Shown here piece by piece: positions 1 through 9,651 of a stretch of 64,000 bases of DNA. Both the position numbers and the translations under genes were made by a program. Origin of the DNA: Cyclobacteriaceae bacterium (GTDB taxonomy: Bacteria; Bacteroidota; Bacteroidia; Cytophagales; Cyclobacteriaceae); assembly GCA_049645705.1 (NCBI GenBank), contig JBARUK010000004.1, positions 105,873-169,872 of the forward strand. The letters are read 5' to 3'. Under the pieces are notes generated by a model. It had not been told where the DNA came from. It made no database searches and worked only from the letters and a program-made list of their open reading frames with translations. Numbering within the stretch: the first letter of the stretch is position 1; each line of letters starts with the position of its first letter.

Positions 1-345
1 CCCGGGAGCATTCCAGAACTCGGGCAGAAACTGGCTTACGCCGAGAATGAGCAGGGTCTGCGATACCACAATAGCCAGGTGGAGAAGCAGAGACGCACTC
101 AGAATATGCTGCTCTTCTGTTTTTTCCTGGGCTGCTGCCAGGAATTTCACCATGCTGTTGCGCACAAACCCATTCCGTATCATCTCCATAATGGTTATGA
201 TACTGATGTATAACATCCAGGTACCGTAATCCTGCTTGTTCAGCAGACGTACCAGGATCATAAAGCCACCTATACCAAAAATTAGTATAGACCCGCGCTG
301 CATGAGCGTGAGTAAACCTGACCTTAGCCAATATGACTTGAAAGG
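1..345 (-). CDS. Polysaccharide biosynthesis membrane protein, Wzx-like flippase family, N-terminal part; gene continues beyond the left edge
   Basis: The minus-strand frame opens with ATG at 345 and runs off position 1 with no stop. Translation MGLPFKSYWLRSGLLTLMQRGSILIFGIGGFMILVRLL... shows successive hydrophobic helices typical of Wzx/PST-family transporters. It sits in an EPS locus with Wzc, a GT2 and a sulfotransferase. Confidence 0.4.
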
Positions 346-388
346 TAATCCCATTCGCGATCTTCCCTGCTCCTACCCTGATATATGA

Positions 389-1222
389 TTACCTGACTGC
401 ACTCACCGGCTCGTATTCTGCCGGTTGGAGGTATTTTTCGAATTGTGTGCCGCGAAGGTGTGCCCTCAGTTCGTCTGCGTTTTCAATAAAGCCATCGAGG
501 TCCTGGGTCGTTATTTTCATCAGGTTAGTCTCAGGCTTAGTGTATTTGATGCCCAGAAAGCCGCACAGGCGCTTCACCGTATCATCATGACGGCTGTTGT
601 CTTCCAGGTCGCGTTCGTATACGACCTCCTCGTGAGGCAGGCCGGAAAGTACGTCCCGCTCAAATTTCCCGTCGCGGATACTGTCTTCCATCAGGCGATC
701 CAGTTCTTTCAGGTTCACCTTCATTTTTTCGCGCTTGATCTCCCCACTGCCCTTCTCATGATGCCACTGCATACGGAAGCGTGCGTACAGGATAGACAGC
801 GCATACCTCAGTATATTATCCCGGCGAAGGTAAATAATCTGAAAGCCCTCGTTATGAAGCTTACTCATGAAGCCGTGCTTATCCTTAATATTGGTATGCG
901 TAAACATAACCTGATAGCTCAGGAGCTTGAATCCGTAAATGGGATGAGACTGACGGCGGGCCATCCGGTGGAGGTGCCTGATAGGGTTCTGCATTTTACG
1001 GTTGAGGATCTCACCGTCACAGAACACATCGGGATTACTGTTGAGCAGACTTACTAAAAGTGTGCTGCCGGACCGGCCCTTTCCAAAAATAACGAACTTC
1101 TTTTCAGGTCGTTTTGATGAAGAAAGTTTGTCCCTAAAAAAATGGTAACTTTCCAGCAGGTAGCCGAAGTAGTTCTGGCTAAAGGACTCCCGGAAGTTAA
1201 ATAGTAAGCGCTTCATACTCAA
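389..1222 (-). CDS. Sulfotransferase family protein (PAPS-dependent)
   Basis: 277 aa. It has a 5'-PSB-like P-loop FGKGRSGSTLL and a 3'-PB-like YLRRDNILRYALS motif. It sits inside the polysaccharide locus. Confidence 0.6.
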   Translation of the reverse strand: MSMKRLLFNFRESFSQNYFGYLLESYHFFRDKLSSSKRPEKKFVIFGKGRSGSTLLVSLLNSNPDVFCDGEILNRKMQNPIRHLHRMARRQSHPIYGFKLLSYQVMFTHTNIKDKHGFMSKLHNEGFQIIYLRRDNILRYALSILYARFRMQWHHEKGSGEIKREKMKVNLKELDRLMEDSIRDGKFERDVLSGLPHEEVVYERDLEDNSRHDDTVKRLCGFLGIKYTKPETNLMKITTQDLDGFIENADELRAHLRGTQFEKYLQPAEYEPVSAVR

Positions 1223-1520
1223 ATAAAATTTGAATGCAAATTACAAAAAATTGAACGAATCTTTTACGCGTGATTAAAAATCCATAAAAAATATAACGCA
1301 ATTTACACTAAAAAAGTTGTACAACATAATCGTCGTGCACCACTCCTGATTGTAATTAACTCAATTAATGAGCGCATTTGCAAACGATTTCGTAACTTAT
1401 AAACCTATTTTTTAACAGCAATTAAATTACCATTATCTTTCTCCACTTACCAAAAACCAGTTTTTTTAACAATTTCATAAAAAATCATACATTCGTACTC
1501 AGTGGGTTATACGCCTGCTG

Positions 1521-2099
1521 GTGCAAATTACGTTAACATTTATCATGAAGTTTATACGTACGCTCATTATTCTTTTCATCATCGCCGCTCTTGGCTATGC
1601 TGCTTATTATTATTTACTGCCAGAGATCATATCCGAGGCGATAACATCGGAGGAGGAGATCCCCTCCTATATCCCGGAAAAGGCCAGAGAAGAACTGAAA
1701 GTGGTAAAAGAGGCTGTAAACGAAGAAGTAGACAAGCTTCCGGAAAAGATGGAAGAAATGAACGTAAGCTATGACGACCTCATACAAGCCATAGATGAAA
1801 TGGACGAAAAGGACATCATGGCCACTTACGAGTCACTGAGGGAGTCTCCGCCTGCTACTACAGATGAGGCCTACAACGTTGTAATGAGCCACCTTGACCT
1901 TGAGAGTGTGGACATGGAAAAACTCAGACCTTACTTCAATGAAAGCCTGACAGTAGAAGAGATAAACCGGGTCGTGGAAAAGGCAGAAAAAAGTAAGCTG
2001 TTTTCAAAGATGAGCCTGCCTGTTCTGAAAAATACCATCAGGCAACTGCTGCTTCAGAGAGAAGATGAGATCAAAAGCAAGCTGGAAAGTACGGAATAG
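1521..2099 (+). CDS. Hypothetical membrane-anchored acidic protein; the likelier start is the ATG at 1545 (MKFIRTL...)
   Basis: One N-terminal TM helix, then an E/K-rich predicted helical region. No recognisable family. Confidence 0.5.
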   Translation: MQITLTFIMKFIRTLIILFIIAALGYAAYYYLLPEIISEAITSEEEIPSYIPEKAREELKVVKEAVNEEVDKLPEKMEEMNVSYDDLIQAIDEMDEKDIMATYESLRESPPATTDEAYNVVMSHLDLESVDMEKLRPYFNESLTVEEINRVVEKAEKSKLFSKMSLPVLKNTIRQLLLQREDEIKSKLESTE

Positions 2100-2177
2100 C
2101 CGCTTCAGTATGATTGGAAAAACAAAAAAGGGAATGCTGGTACATTCCCTTTTTTAATAGTCTTTGTACTGAGGAGA

Positions 2178-4430
2178 TTACATCTTCAGAAATTTCGGAT
2201 CTACCATGTTTAACACACTTGGCAGAAGCTTCTCATCCAGACTCTTCAGGTATCGTATAGAGTCCTTATCTACTGATTTTATTACCGCATCAGCAGAGAA
2301 CACCGGTACTATACGGTCGGAATAGCCTACCAGCTCCTTTGTATCTGAATACTCATTCAGGCTGGCACCTTCCATAAATATGTAATCATAGTTGAGGCAG
2401 AGGCTGATGATCATACTCTTGAAGTCACGGCCGCTGAATATCTCGCTGGGAGACTCCGAGCCGGGCGTACTGCCGATGATGTCAATGTTACGGTATACCG
2501 TTGGAGAAATGATCTTAGTAGTGAAGTCTTCCTCCTCCTCTTCCTGGAAAGCATCTTCCTCTTCGCCACCACTACTGCTGCGGGCACCTATGAGCAGCCT
2601 GCCGCCTTTTACTTTACCCTCTTTCAGGTATTTATTAAATATAGGCTTGGCCAGCAGCCACTGGGTAAGTGTATTGTCTTTAAAGTTCGTATCGATGATC
2701 AGAACTTTCTTCTTGATCAGACTAAGAGAGTAAGCCAGACTCAGTAACACGAAAGACTTGCCCTGGTTAGGCTGGGTACTGGTGATCAGAAAAACCTGCT
2801 GCCCGGAAGACTCCAGCTCGAAACGCAGTTTACGGGTAAGGTCCTTATACATCTGAAATTCCTTATTGCCCGGATCAGAGAAAATACGCTCCAGGTCCAG
2901 TACATCAGAGTTTTTCAGGTCATTGAGGTACCCCCCCAGCTTCAGCTTGGTCATGCGGCCAAACTGGGCAGGGCGTTTGATACGCATGTCTACCAGCTCG
3001 CGCAGTATGATCACGAATGCACAGAGTGAGAAGCTCACAACCATACTTAGAGCAGTAAATAACCAGGCTTTACTGGCTACAGGGTAGAAGTTAGGTTCCC
3101 CCTCCTTTTCCATTCTTATGGGTACTGTCCTGTTTACTGCCAGGCTTTGTGCATCACTGAGTCGCTCCTGGGCGGACAGGTATTCGTCCACAGCCAGCTC
3201 GTAGGCCTTATCCAGTTCGCTGATTTTAGTGCCTGATATAGCCTTACTATTTACATCTCCACGAAGCTGATTTAACTGGCTGATGGTCGACCCCAGGTTA
3301 GACCTGGCAATCGAAAGATCAGTTTCAAGTTCGAATTTACGTTCATTCAGCTCTGCCATTGACATTCCGGTAGAAGCCGCACCGCTGCTTCCCTGGCTTA
3401 GCTGGGCCTGATCCAGTCTGTCCCTCAGGTAATTCAGACTGTCCAGTAGTTGCCTGTCAGAAGAACCGGTGCGTATGTACTGTGCATTGAGCAGTTTGAT
3501 ACGTCTCCTGAGTTCAAGGATACGCCCGTTATTAGACGAGCCTCCGTCACTGCCTCCCCCGGCCGAGTTAATACGGTTATTTACACGGCGCAGGCTTACC
3601 TGCAGAGCCTGCACCTGCGACTGCTGATCGAGGCGCTGGCTTTCCAGATTGATGATCCTGTCGCGGTTGACAGGGTCATCTACTGAATAATTTACCAGAT
3701 TGTTGTCTTCTTTGAAGGTACGGAGCTTTTCCTGTGCCTCGTCTACCAGCTTTCTCTTTTCATCCACCAGGGTAGTATAGTATTCGAGAGACTGGCCCGT
3801 GGTTCCTTTTTTCTTGTATTGATTGAACCGGATAAATTCTTCGGAAAGTGTATTTACGACAAAAGCAGATAGCTCTGCATTTTCACTGGTGAAGATGACA
3901 TCCAGAAAGTCTGTATTAGGAACACGGTTGACCTTAAGTTCGGTATCTATGGTCCAGTGATTGTATCTGAAAGCCCGCAGAAGATCGATAATGTCGTTTT
4001 CGGCTTCATTACCATTGCTTAGAAGGTCAAAGTCCTCAACCTTGCTTTGAAGGATAGCTACTGCTTCCTTTTTCTCTTCTTCGCTCAATGGGATGACCTT
4101 ACCCTCGGCCGTACGCGGTACGCGAAAGGGGTATTCCTCTGTCAGGTCATGCATAGCCAGCCGGTAGGAAACCATGCTTACAACCTGGGCACCTTTGATA
4201 CTTTCCAGCAGGTTATTAAACTCGATATTAGCCTTCTGAGGGTTATACCAATGGTCTTCATTCGTTACCGAATTATTTATAGTAATACCAGTGGAAAGCC
4301 TTGCGACTGACCGGTATTTATCTTCTGCCTGTTGGGTTAGAAAATAAGTTATTACTCCGGCAATAAGAGGTATAGTGATCAGGATCCACCATTTTTTTAA
4401 TAGTACCCTGAATAAATGCACAAAATCCAT
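2178..4430 (-). CDS. Wzc/GumC/ExoP-family polysaccharide co-polymerase with C-terminal BY-kinase-like ATPase domain
   Basis: 750 aa. N-terminal TM, Wzz-like periplasmic coiled-coil region, second TM, then a C-terminal P-loop-like segment ITSTQPNQGKSFVLLSLAYSL. There is an acidic low-complexity insert (GGEEEDAFQEEEEEDF). Confidence 0.7.
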   Translation of the reverse strand: MDFVHLFRVLLKKWWILITIPLIAGVITYFLTQQAEDKYRSVARLSTGITINNSVTNEDHWYNPQKANIEFNNLLESIKGAQVVSMVSYRLAMHDLTEEYPFRVPRTAEGKVIPLSEEEKKEAVAILQSKVEDFDLLSNGNEAENDIIDLLRAFRYNHWTIDTELKVNRVPNTDFLDVIFTSENAELSAFVVNTLSEEFIRFNQYKKKGTTGQSLEYYTTLVDEKRKLVDEAQEKLRTFKEDNNLVNYSVDDPVNRDRIINLESQRLDQQSQVQALQVSLRRVNNRINSAGGGSDGGSSNNGRILELRRRIKLLNAQYIRTGSSDRQLLDSLNYLRDRLDQAQLSQGSSGAASTGMSMAELNERKFELETDLSIARSNLGSTISQLNQLRGDVNSKAISGTKISELDKAYELAVDEYLSAQERLSDAQSLAVNRTVPIRMEKEGEPNFYPVASKAWLFTALSMVVSFSLCAFVIILRELVDMRIKRPAQFGRMTKLKLGGYLNDLKNSDVLDLERIFSDPGNKEFQMYKDLTRKLRFELESSGQQVFLITSTQPNQGKSFVLLSLAYSLSLIKKKVLIIDTNFKDNTLTQWLLAKPIFNKYLKEGKVKGGRLLIGARSSSGGEEEDAFQEEEEEDFTTKIISPTVYRNIDIIGSTPGSESPSEIFSGRDFKSMIISLCLNYDYIFMEGASLNEYSDTKELVGYSDRIVPVFSADAVIKSVDKDSIRYLKSLDEKLLPSVLNMVDPKFLKM

Positions 4431-4616
4431 TTCCTCCGCGGTTTTAAACGTTTACAGACTTTTCCCTCAATACAGGACTCACAGTAACGGGAAGGTCTAA
4501 TTTACTCAACGTAATCGGCAAATTTATCATTTTACAACTCAAAAAATTATAAAATTTTAATAAAAATTCGCACAAAATTAACTTTATGCGATTTAACGCA
4601 CATTCAGTCTGCTTTG

Positions 4617-5897
4617 TTATCTGAGAAAATCAAATTTGACAACCCGGTACCCTTCGTTTGCAAGAGCTTCAGGTATTTCTTCGTCTGACTCTCTGATAGA
4701 TATCATCTCCGGAAGCAATCCACTCTCAATAAAAAAATCCCGGATGACTTGGGCCTCATATAAATTATTATCATTGGCACTCAGTGTCACGCCTATGCCT
4801 TCATAGTTTTCCAGTTCGCTGACCAAAAACCAGATAAGCTCACGGCTGGCCGGTATGATCTCCTCTTTTACAGTATCATAACGAAAATATTTTGGTATCG
4901 ACATACCAAAGATACCTTCCACCTCTTTCTCAGAGAGTTTGGTATCAATACCGACCGAAAAAGCATCGTCAGGGCTTATGCTGGCACCCGCCCGCGCAAG
5001 ACGCTCATATGTGCCGCTTATCAGTTTGCTGGTGTATATATCGGAAAGACGCCCCCCCCGGTTGCTGGCAAAATACAGGGTACCCTCCGGCCCCAGACTG
5101 GGGTAGGCATCGAAATAAGGCCCATTGATAGTCTTTCCTAAATTAACAGGCTGAGTCCATACATTCCACGTGCCGTACAGTCTCTCAGACACATAAATGT
5201 CCGCATCTCCCTCGCCGCCGGGCCTGGCACTGGAAAAGAAGAGCCGATTGCCATCCTCGCTAAGGAAAGGGGATATGTCGAATCGATCGGAGTTGACCGT
5301 AGCACCAAGGTGAGTAGGCTCTGACCATTCGCCGAAACTGTTTTTCAGGCTTACGTAGAGGTCTTCTTCTCCCAGGCTACCTTTACCTTCCATACTGACA
5401 ATCAGTATCTCACCATCAGGGTGCATATAGTATCCGTGAAAGGTCTCGCTGTTTGTACCCGGAATTTCCATATCGACAGGGGGGGTAAAACGGGAAGAGG
5501 TATTAATAGACTCAGCCACTCCGCTACGGTTCTTGGCAGACCCGCCGTAGTTGTTCATCAGGAAGATACTTCCGCTGTTTCTGGCTATGCCTATCAGTGC
5601 ATTGTGGTACCGGTTATTAAGCCGGTCTATGTTATTAGAAGCTGTGGTCCAGTCATCATCCACCTTCCGGCTCACGTATATATCACTACCGGACTGGGAG
5701 CCACCTGTGTTTTTGGGATCATAAAAACGGCTAAAATATAGCGCCGTACCATCAGGACTTATCAGCGGCATGACTTCCTCGTAACTTGAGTTCACATTAC
5801 TGCCCAGAGATTTGGGCTCACTAAAGCGAACGCCCTGGGCGGAAGAGGCAGCAAAAGCGCCTGTGAGAAAAAAACACAATAAAGAAAGTCTGAACAT
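4617..5897 (-). CDS. Secreted PD40/WD40-like beta-propeller repeat protein (TolB-like repeats)
   Basis: Signal peptide, then repeated SPDG..LYF / GG.DIY-type PD40 motifs across 426 aa. Confidence 0.55.
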   Translation of the reverse strand: MFRLSLLCFFLTGAFAASSAQGVRFSEPKSLGSNVNSSYEEVMPLISPDGTALYFSRFYDPKNTGGSQSGSDIYVSRKVDDDWTTASNNIDRLNNRYHNALIGIARNSGSIFLMNNYGGSAKNRSGVAESINTSSRFTPPVDMEIPGTNSETFHGYYMHPDGEILIVSMEGKGSLGEEDLYVSLKNSFGEWSEPTHLGATVNSDRFDISPFLSEDGNRLFFSSARPGGEGDADIYVSERLYGTWNVWTQPVNLGKTINGPYFDAYPSLGPEGTLYFASNRGGRLSDIYTSKLISGTYERLARAGASISPDDAFSVGIDTKLSEKEVEGIFGMSIPKYFRYDTVKEEIIPASRELIWFLVSELENYEGIGVTLSANDNNLYEAQVIRDFFIESGLLPEMISIRESDEEIPEALANEGYRVVKFDFLR

Positions 5898-6113
5898 ATA
5901 GGACTATAAGAAAATAACGATATTGCCGGTTCGGCCAACCAATATGCCTCAAAAATTGCCAATAATACGTTAAAAACGGTAATAGCCGACAGGAATTATC
6001 TTTTTATTAACAATTTCTAAATATAAATTTCTACCGAATCCGCCTTCTAATTACGAATGTAGTATTTTATTTAAAATTTTTCTTTTAATTTTACCAAAAG
6101 AAATCAATATCTA

Positions 6114-7304
6114 TTGGGATCGATGATAGCATTAGAACTAATTTTTTGGACTGCGTTGTTTATAGTTTTTTATGCATATGTAGGGTACGGAATTTTCCTC
6201 TTCATTGTTATAAGACTTCGCCGCATGGCTGGCAAGGTGCCAGGTCTGCCCAGTGCTCAGTCTGATGCAGACCTGCCGGAGGTGACACTTATGGTAGCGG
6301 CCTATAACGAAGAAGATTTTATAGATGAAAAAATACAGAACAGCCTGGCGCTGGATTACCCTGAGGGCAAGCTAAAGTTTATGTTTGTTACGGATGGCTC
6401 TACAGACAGTACGACTGATCGCATCCGGGCACATGAAAACATCACACTTCTTCATAAAGATGGCCGGAGCGGAAAGATCGCCGCTGTGGAAAGGGCTATG
6501 GAGTTCGTCAAAACGCCCTTGGTTATCTACACCGATGCCAATACCATGCTCAACCGCCAGGCTGCTAAAAATATAGTGCGCCATTACCAGAACCCTAAGG
6601 TGGGCGCAGTAGCCGGTGAAAAGCGCGTAACATCTGATTCTGCGGACTCGGCTAGTGGTGCCGGCGAGGGCTTTTACTGGAAGTATGAATCGGCCCTGAA
6701 ACGCTGGGACAGCGAACTGTATTCTGTGGTAGGGGCAGCCGGAGAACTTTTCTCCATTCGTACAGAACTGTACGAGGCGGTGCCAAAGGATACTGTGATC
6801 GAAGATTTCTTTATGACATTGCGTATTGCGCAGAAGGGCTATAAAGTAGTGTACGAACCGGATGCTTACGCTGTAGAAGGCCCCTCTGCCAATGTAAAAG
6901 AAGAGCTGAAAAGAAAGGTTCGTATTGCAGCAGGTGGTATTCAGGCCATTGTAAGGCTTGCCCCGCTTCTGAACTTTTTCAAATACCGGACACTTAGCTG
7001 GCAGTATGTAAGTCACCGCGTCCTACGATGGACTGTGGCGCCGTTGTGTCTGGCCATTTTGCTCGCCGCCAATATTATGCTGGCCGTAGAGCCGGGCGGG
7101 ATATATAAGCTACTACTGGTAGCGCAGATGGGCTTTTACCTTGCTGCACTCATTGGTTATCTTATGGAGCAGCAGCAGCTCAAGTTCAAGGCCTTTTTCA
7201 TCCCCTACTACTTTTTCATCATGAACTATGCTGTATATGCAGGATTCTGGCGGTACATAAAGGGTAGCCAGTCTGTGGTGTGGGAAAGGGCCAAGCGAAA
7301 ATAA
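6114..7304 (+). CDS. Membrane-embedded family-2 glycosyltransferase (PgaC/cellulose-synthase-like processive GT2); ATG at 6123 is the likely start
   Basis: N- and C-terminal TM helices. GT2 motifs VTDGSTD, YTDANT (DxD), TED-like EDFFMT, and a Q/RxxRW-like RKVRIAAGG. Confidence 0.7.
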   Translation: MGSMIALELIFWTALFIVFYAYVGYGIFLFIVIRLRRMAGKVPGLPSAQSDADLPEVTLMVAAYNEEDFIDEKIQNSLALDYPEGKLKFMFVTDGSTDSTTDRIRAHENITLLHKDGRSGKIAAVERAMEFVKTPLVIYTDANTMLNRQAAKNIVRHYQNPKVGAVAGEKRVTSDSADSASGAGEGFYWKYESALKRWDSELYSVVGAAGELFSIRTELYEAVPKDTVIEDFFMTLRIAQKGYKVVYEPDAYAVEGPSANVKEELKRKVRIAAGGIQAIVRLAPLLNFFKYRTLSWQYVSHRVLRWTVAPLCLAILLAANIMLAVEPGGIYKLLLVAQMGFYLAALIGYLMEQQQLKFKAFFIPYYFFIMNYAVYAGFWRYIKGSQSVVWERAKRK

Positions 7305-7309
7305 AAAAA

Positions 7310-7330
7310 GGCGAGTCTATCTCGCCTTTT
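7310..7330 (+). terminator. Rho-independent terminator after the GT2 gene
   Basis: GGCGAG-tctat-CTCGCC hairpin followed by TTTT, 6 nt after the stop codon. Confidence 0.6.
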
Positions 7331-7514
7331 GGGTCATTTCAATGTTTATAACTCTTTCAGATAATAAAAACTACCTGGAAGAACTAATTGAAGCTTGAAA
7401 CCACCAATTACCGGTAGAGAATTAAGTTATCTCTTGAGGTATGAAAGAAGTTACGATTTCTTCAGTTAGAAACCAAGTATTTGCCCTACTTTAAATCACT
7501 CAACAAACTGACAA

Positions 7515-7946
7515 TCAGTAATTAGCCACTTCATTTTTTAGTGCCTGATACGCCTCATCGTAGGTATCGAATACTTTAATCTCATGGTACAGGTAAGGAT
7601 CACTCTTACCAGACATCTGATAAAGACATCTTTGGGCCATGGGGTCTTCAGGTTTTACCATAAAAGAATGAGTAACCTGCGAGCTGTTCAACATAGGAAT
7701 GGCCTTATTATTAAACCACAACTGATCACTGGGGTGGATAACCCTGATCTTGCTATAGTCGTGAAGTACATACCTGATACGACGGTTTTCAAGCTCGTCT
7801 ATCAGTCTCAGAAGAGCATTACGGTAGTGCTCGCCCGCCAGGTACCCTTTCCAGCCATAAAAGATGGCCCCGGGTATACCTTCTACCGGGCTAAGGTAAA
7901 CTTCAACATTACTATTTTCCTGGGTAATACTGTAAAGATCACTCAT
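7515..7946 (-). CDS. Hypothetical protein (143 aa)
   Basis: Clean ORF with no recognisable motif. It lies upstream of the Hsp20-like gene on the same strand. Confidence 0.45.
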   Translation of the reverse strand: MSDLYSITQENSNVEVYLSPVEGIPGAIFYGWKGYLAGEHYRNALLRLIDELENRRIRYVLHDYSKIRVIHPSDQLWFNNKAIPMLNSSQVTHSFMVKPEDPMAQRCLYQMSGKSDPYLYHEIKVFDTYDEAYQALKNEVANY

Positions 7947-8018
7947 AGGCTCCTTATAGCATAAGACAAATAGGGGGAAAAGGCACAGTCCAACTGTTAG
8001 TTATCAAATAATTTACAA

Positions 8019-8441
8019 CTATACATCGAATTTCCTAATCGGAATGTTTTTCCACTTTCGTCCGCCCATCTCACGAAACTCTACTTTAATGTGCAGCGTG
8101 TTTTCATCATGCACAGCCTGTATGTTCTGCGTATTGGCATTGGGAGGCAAAGCTATCGACCGAAAAAAATAGGGTACATTGGCCTCCTTTATCACTATCT
8201 CACCTTCCTGCTCTACCCTTCGGGTAAATGGAATACTCGCAGCTATCACCAGCATACCTTCTTCTATACTCACTTTCATATTTTCCGGCGATACGGAAGG
8301 CGCTTTGATCTGTACGTGCATATAGTTATCATGGTCGCTGATCTCTAGCTGTACTCCTACCCTACCACCGTTTATGGTATTAGAGAAGTCTGCAAAATCA
8401 GCGAACTGAGATAATATATCTTTATTAAATAGTTCATTCAT
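8019..8441 (-). CDS. Hsp20/alpha-crystallin-like small heat-shock protein (tentative)
   Basis: 140 aa. The C-terminal beta-rich segment ...AVHDENTLHIKVEF resembles the ACD terminal strand. Size and layout fit sHSPs. Confidence 0.4.
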   Translation of the reverse strand: MNELFNKDILSQFADFADFSNTINGGRVGVQLEISDHDNYMHVQIKAPSVSPENMKVSIEEGMLVIAASIPFTRRVEQEGEIVIKEANVPYFFRSIALPPNANTQNIQAVHDENTLHIKVEFREMGGRKWKNIPIRKFDV

Positions 8442-8684
8442 AACAATCTCCTTTTCTCTAAACTCTACCTACTAGTAAGCAAAGGATGTACCAGAAATCA
8501 CAATTAACTGTAAAACAAGCCATTAAAAACCGCATTTATAAATAATGCCATAATGACACTTTTAAGCCATCATTGACTGTCAATATGGCAATGCAGTTAA
8601 TTTCGGAGCGCATGTAATTTTGATGTGACATTTTGTTGATCGGAGCATAGATTTCATTATATTTTATGTCGAAACGAACAGTTA

Positions 8685-9158
8685 ATGAAACATACTGCCA
8701 TGCTGGATCAAATATTATCACAGGTAAAAAGTAAGCTTGGAGGCGAACTCAATGAGGCCGGGCTGGATGAGACGCAAAAGGATAAAGCTGTAGAACTGGC
8801 CGGTGAGTCGGTTCAGGAAGTTGTAAAAGTAGAGGCAAGCGGAGGCAATGTAGATGGTCTGCTGGATCTGTTTGGAGGTAAAACCGACCTGGCGAGCAGC
8901 CCTATTGTGAAAAAGATAGGCAACCTGTTGGCCAATAAGCTGGTAGCTTCCCTTAACCTGCCGGAAGGGGTAGCCTCTGCAGTAAGTACTAAGTTAATAC
9001 CAATGCTAATCGGCATGATCAGCAACAAATTCCAGAAGTCTGATAAATCCGGAACGGACGGCCTGATGGAAATATTCAAAGGAATGGGATCAGAGGCAAT
9101 ATTCTCTGCCCTGAAAGGTAATGCCGGCAACATGCTCGGTGGATTATTCGGAAAATAA
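8685..9158 (+). CDS. DUF937-like Gly/Leu-rich hypothetical protein
   Basis: 157 aa with MLDQILSQ..., GLLDLFGG and MLGGLFGK motifs reminiscent of DUF937/YidB-like proteins. Confidence 0.45.
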   Translation: MKHTAMLDQILSQVKSKLGGELNEAGLDETQKDKAVELAGESVQEVVKVEASGGNVDGLLDLFGGKTDLASSPIVKKIGNLLANKLVASLNLPEGVASAVSTKLIPMLIGMISNKFQKSDKSGTDGLMEIFKGMGSEAIFSALKGNAGNMLGGLFGK

Positions 9159-9185
9159 ACAGTCACTAAATCAACACTATTACTT

Positions 9186-9590
9186 ATGGCTTCAATTAGT
9201 AGTATAGAAGGTATCGGTCCGGTAGCAACTGAAAAACTGGGTGCTGCGGGAGTTAAAACTACAGAAGGACTCTTAAAGGCAGGCGCTTCTAAAGCAGGCA
9301 GAAAATCCCTTGCCAGCGATACTGGAATCGACGAAAAGAAATTGTTGAAGTTTGTCAACATGGCGGACCTGTTCAGGATAAAAGGTGTAGGTGAAGAAAT
9401 ATCTGAATTGCTGGAAGCCTCAGGCGTAGACACAGTAAAGGAGTTACGGAACAGAGTACCGGCCAACCTTCATAAAAAGATGGTGGAAGTTAACGATCAG
9501 AAAAAGCTGGTAAGGCAAGTGCCTTCCGAATCACAGGTTGAAGGCTTTGTGAGCCATGCTAAAGAACTCGACCCGATGGTCACTCATTAA
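9186..9590 (+). CDS. DUF4332-like helix-hairpin-helix protein
   Basis: 134 aa. Two HhH-like segments (IEGIGPVATEKL, IKGVGEEISELL) typical of DUF4332. Confidence 0.45.
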   Translation: MASISSIEGIGPVATEKLGAAGVKTTEGLLKAGASKAGRKSLASDTGIDEKKLLKFVNMADLFRIKGVGEEISELLEASGVDTVKELRNRVPANLHKKMVEVNDQKKLVRQVPSESQVEGFVSHAKELDPMVTH

Positions 9591-9610
9591 TCTTCCGGAA
9601 AAAGAAACAT

Positions 9611-9636
9611 AAAGGAGGCTTCAGGCCTCCTTTTTT
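9611..9636 (+). terminator. Rho-independent terminator
   Basis: AAAGGAGGC-ttcag-GCCTCCTTT hairpin plus TTTTTT. Confidence 0.55.
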
Positions 9637-9651
9637 AATGTAAAAGAGCCT

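Noticed and set aside
425-1057. 210-aa + strand ORF antisense to the sulfotransferase gene; similar long antisense ORFs at 6372..7016, 8813..9466, 9696..10163, 31766..32164, 37410..37727, 43235..43945, 45659..46471 and 62477..63136
   Set aside because: Each lies entirely inside a well-supported gene on the opposite strand whose product has clear family motifs. Their compositions (Ser/Arg/Leu/Cys-rich) are typical of shadow ORFs.
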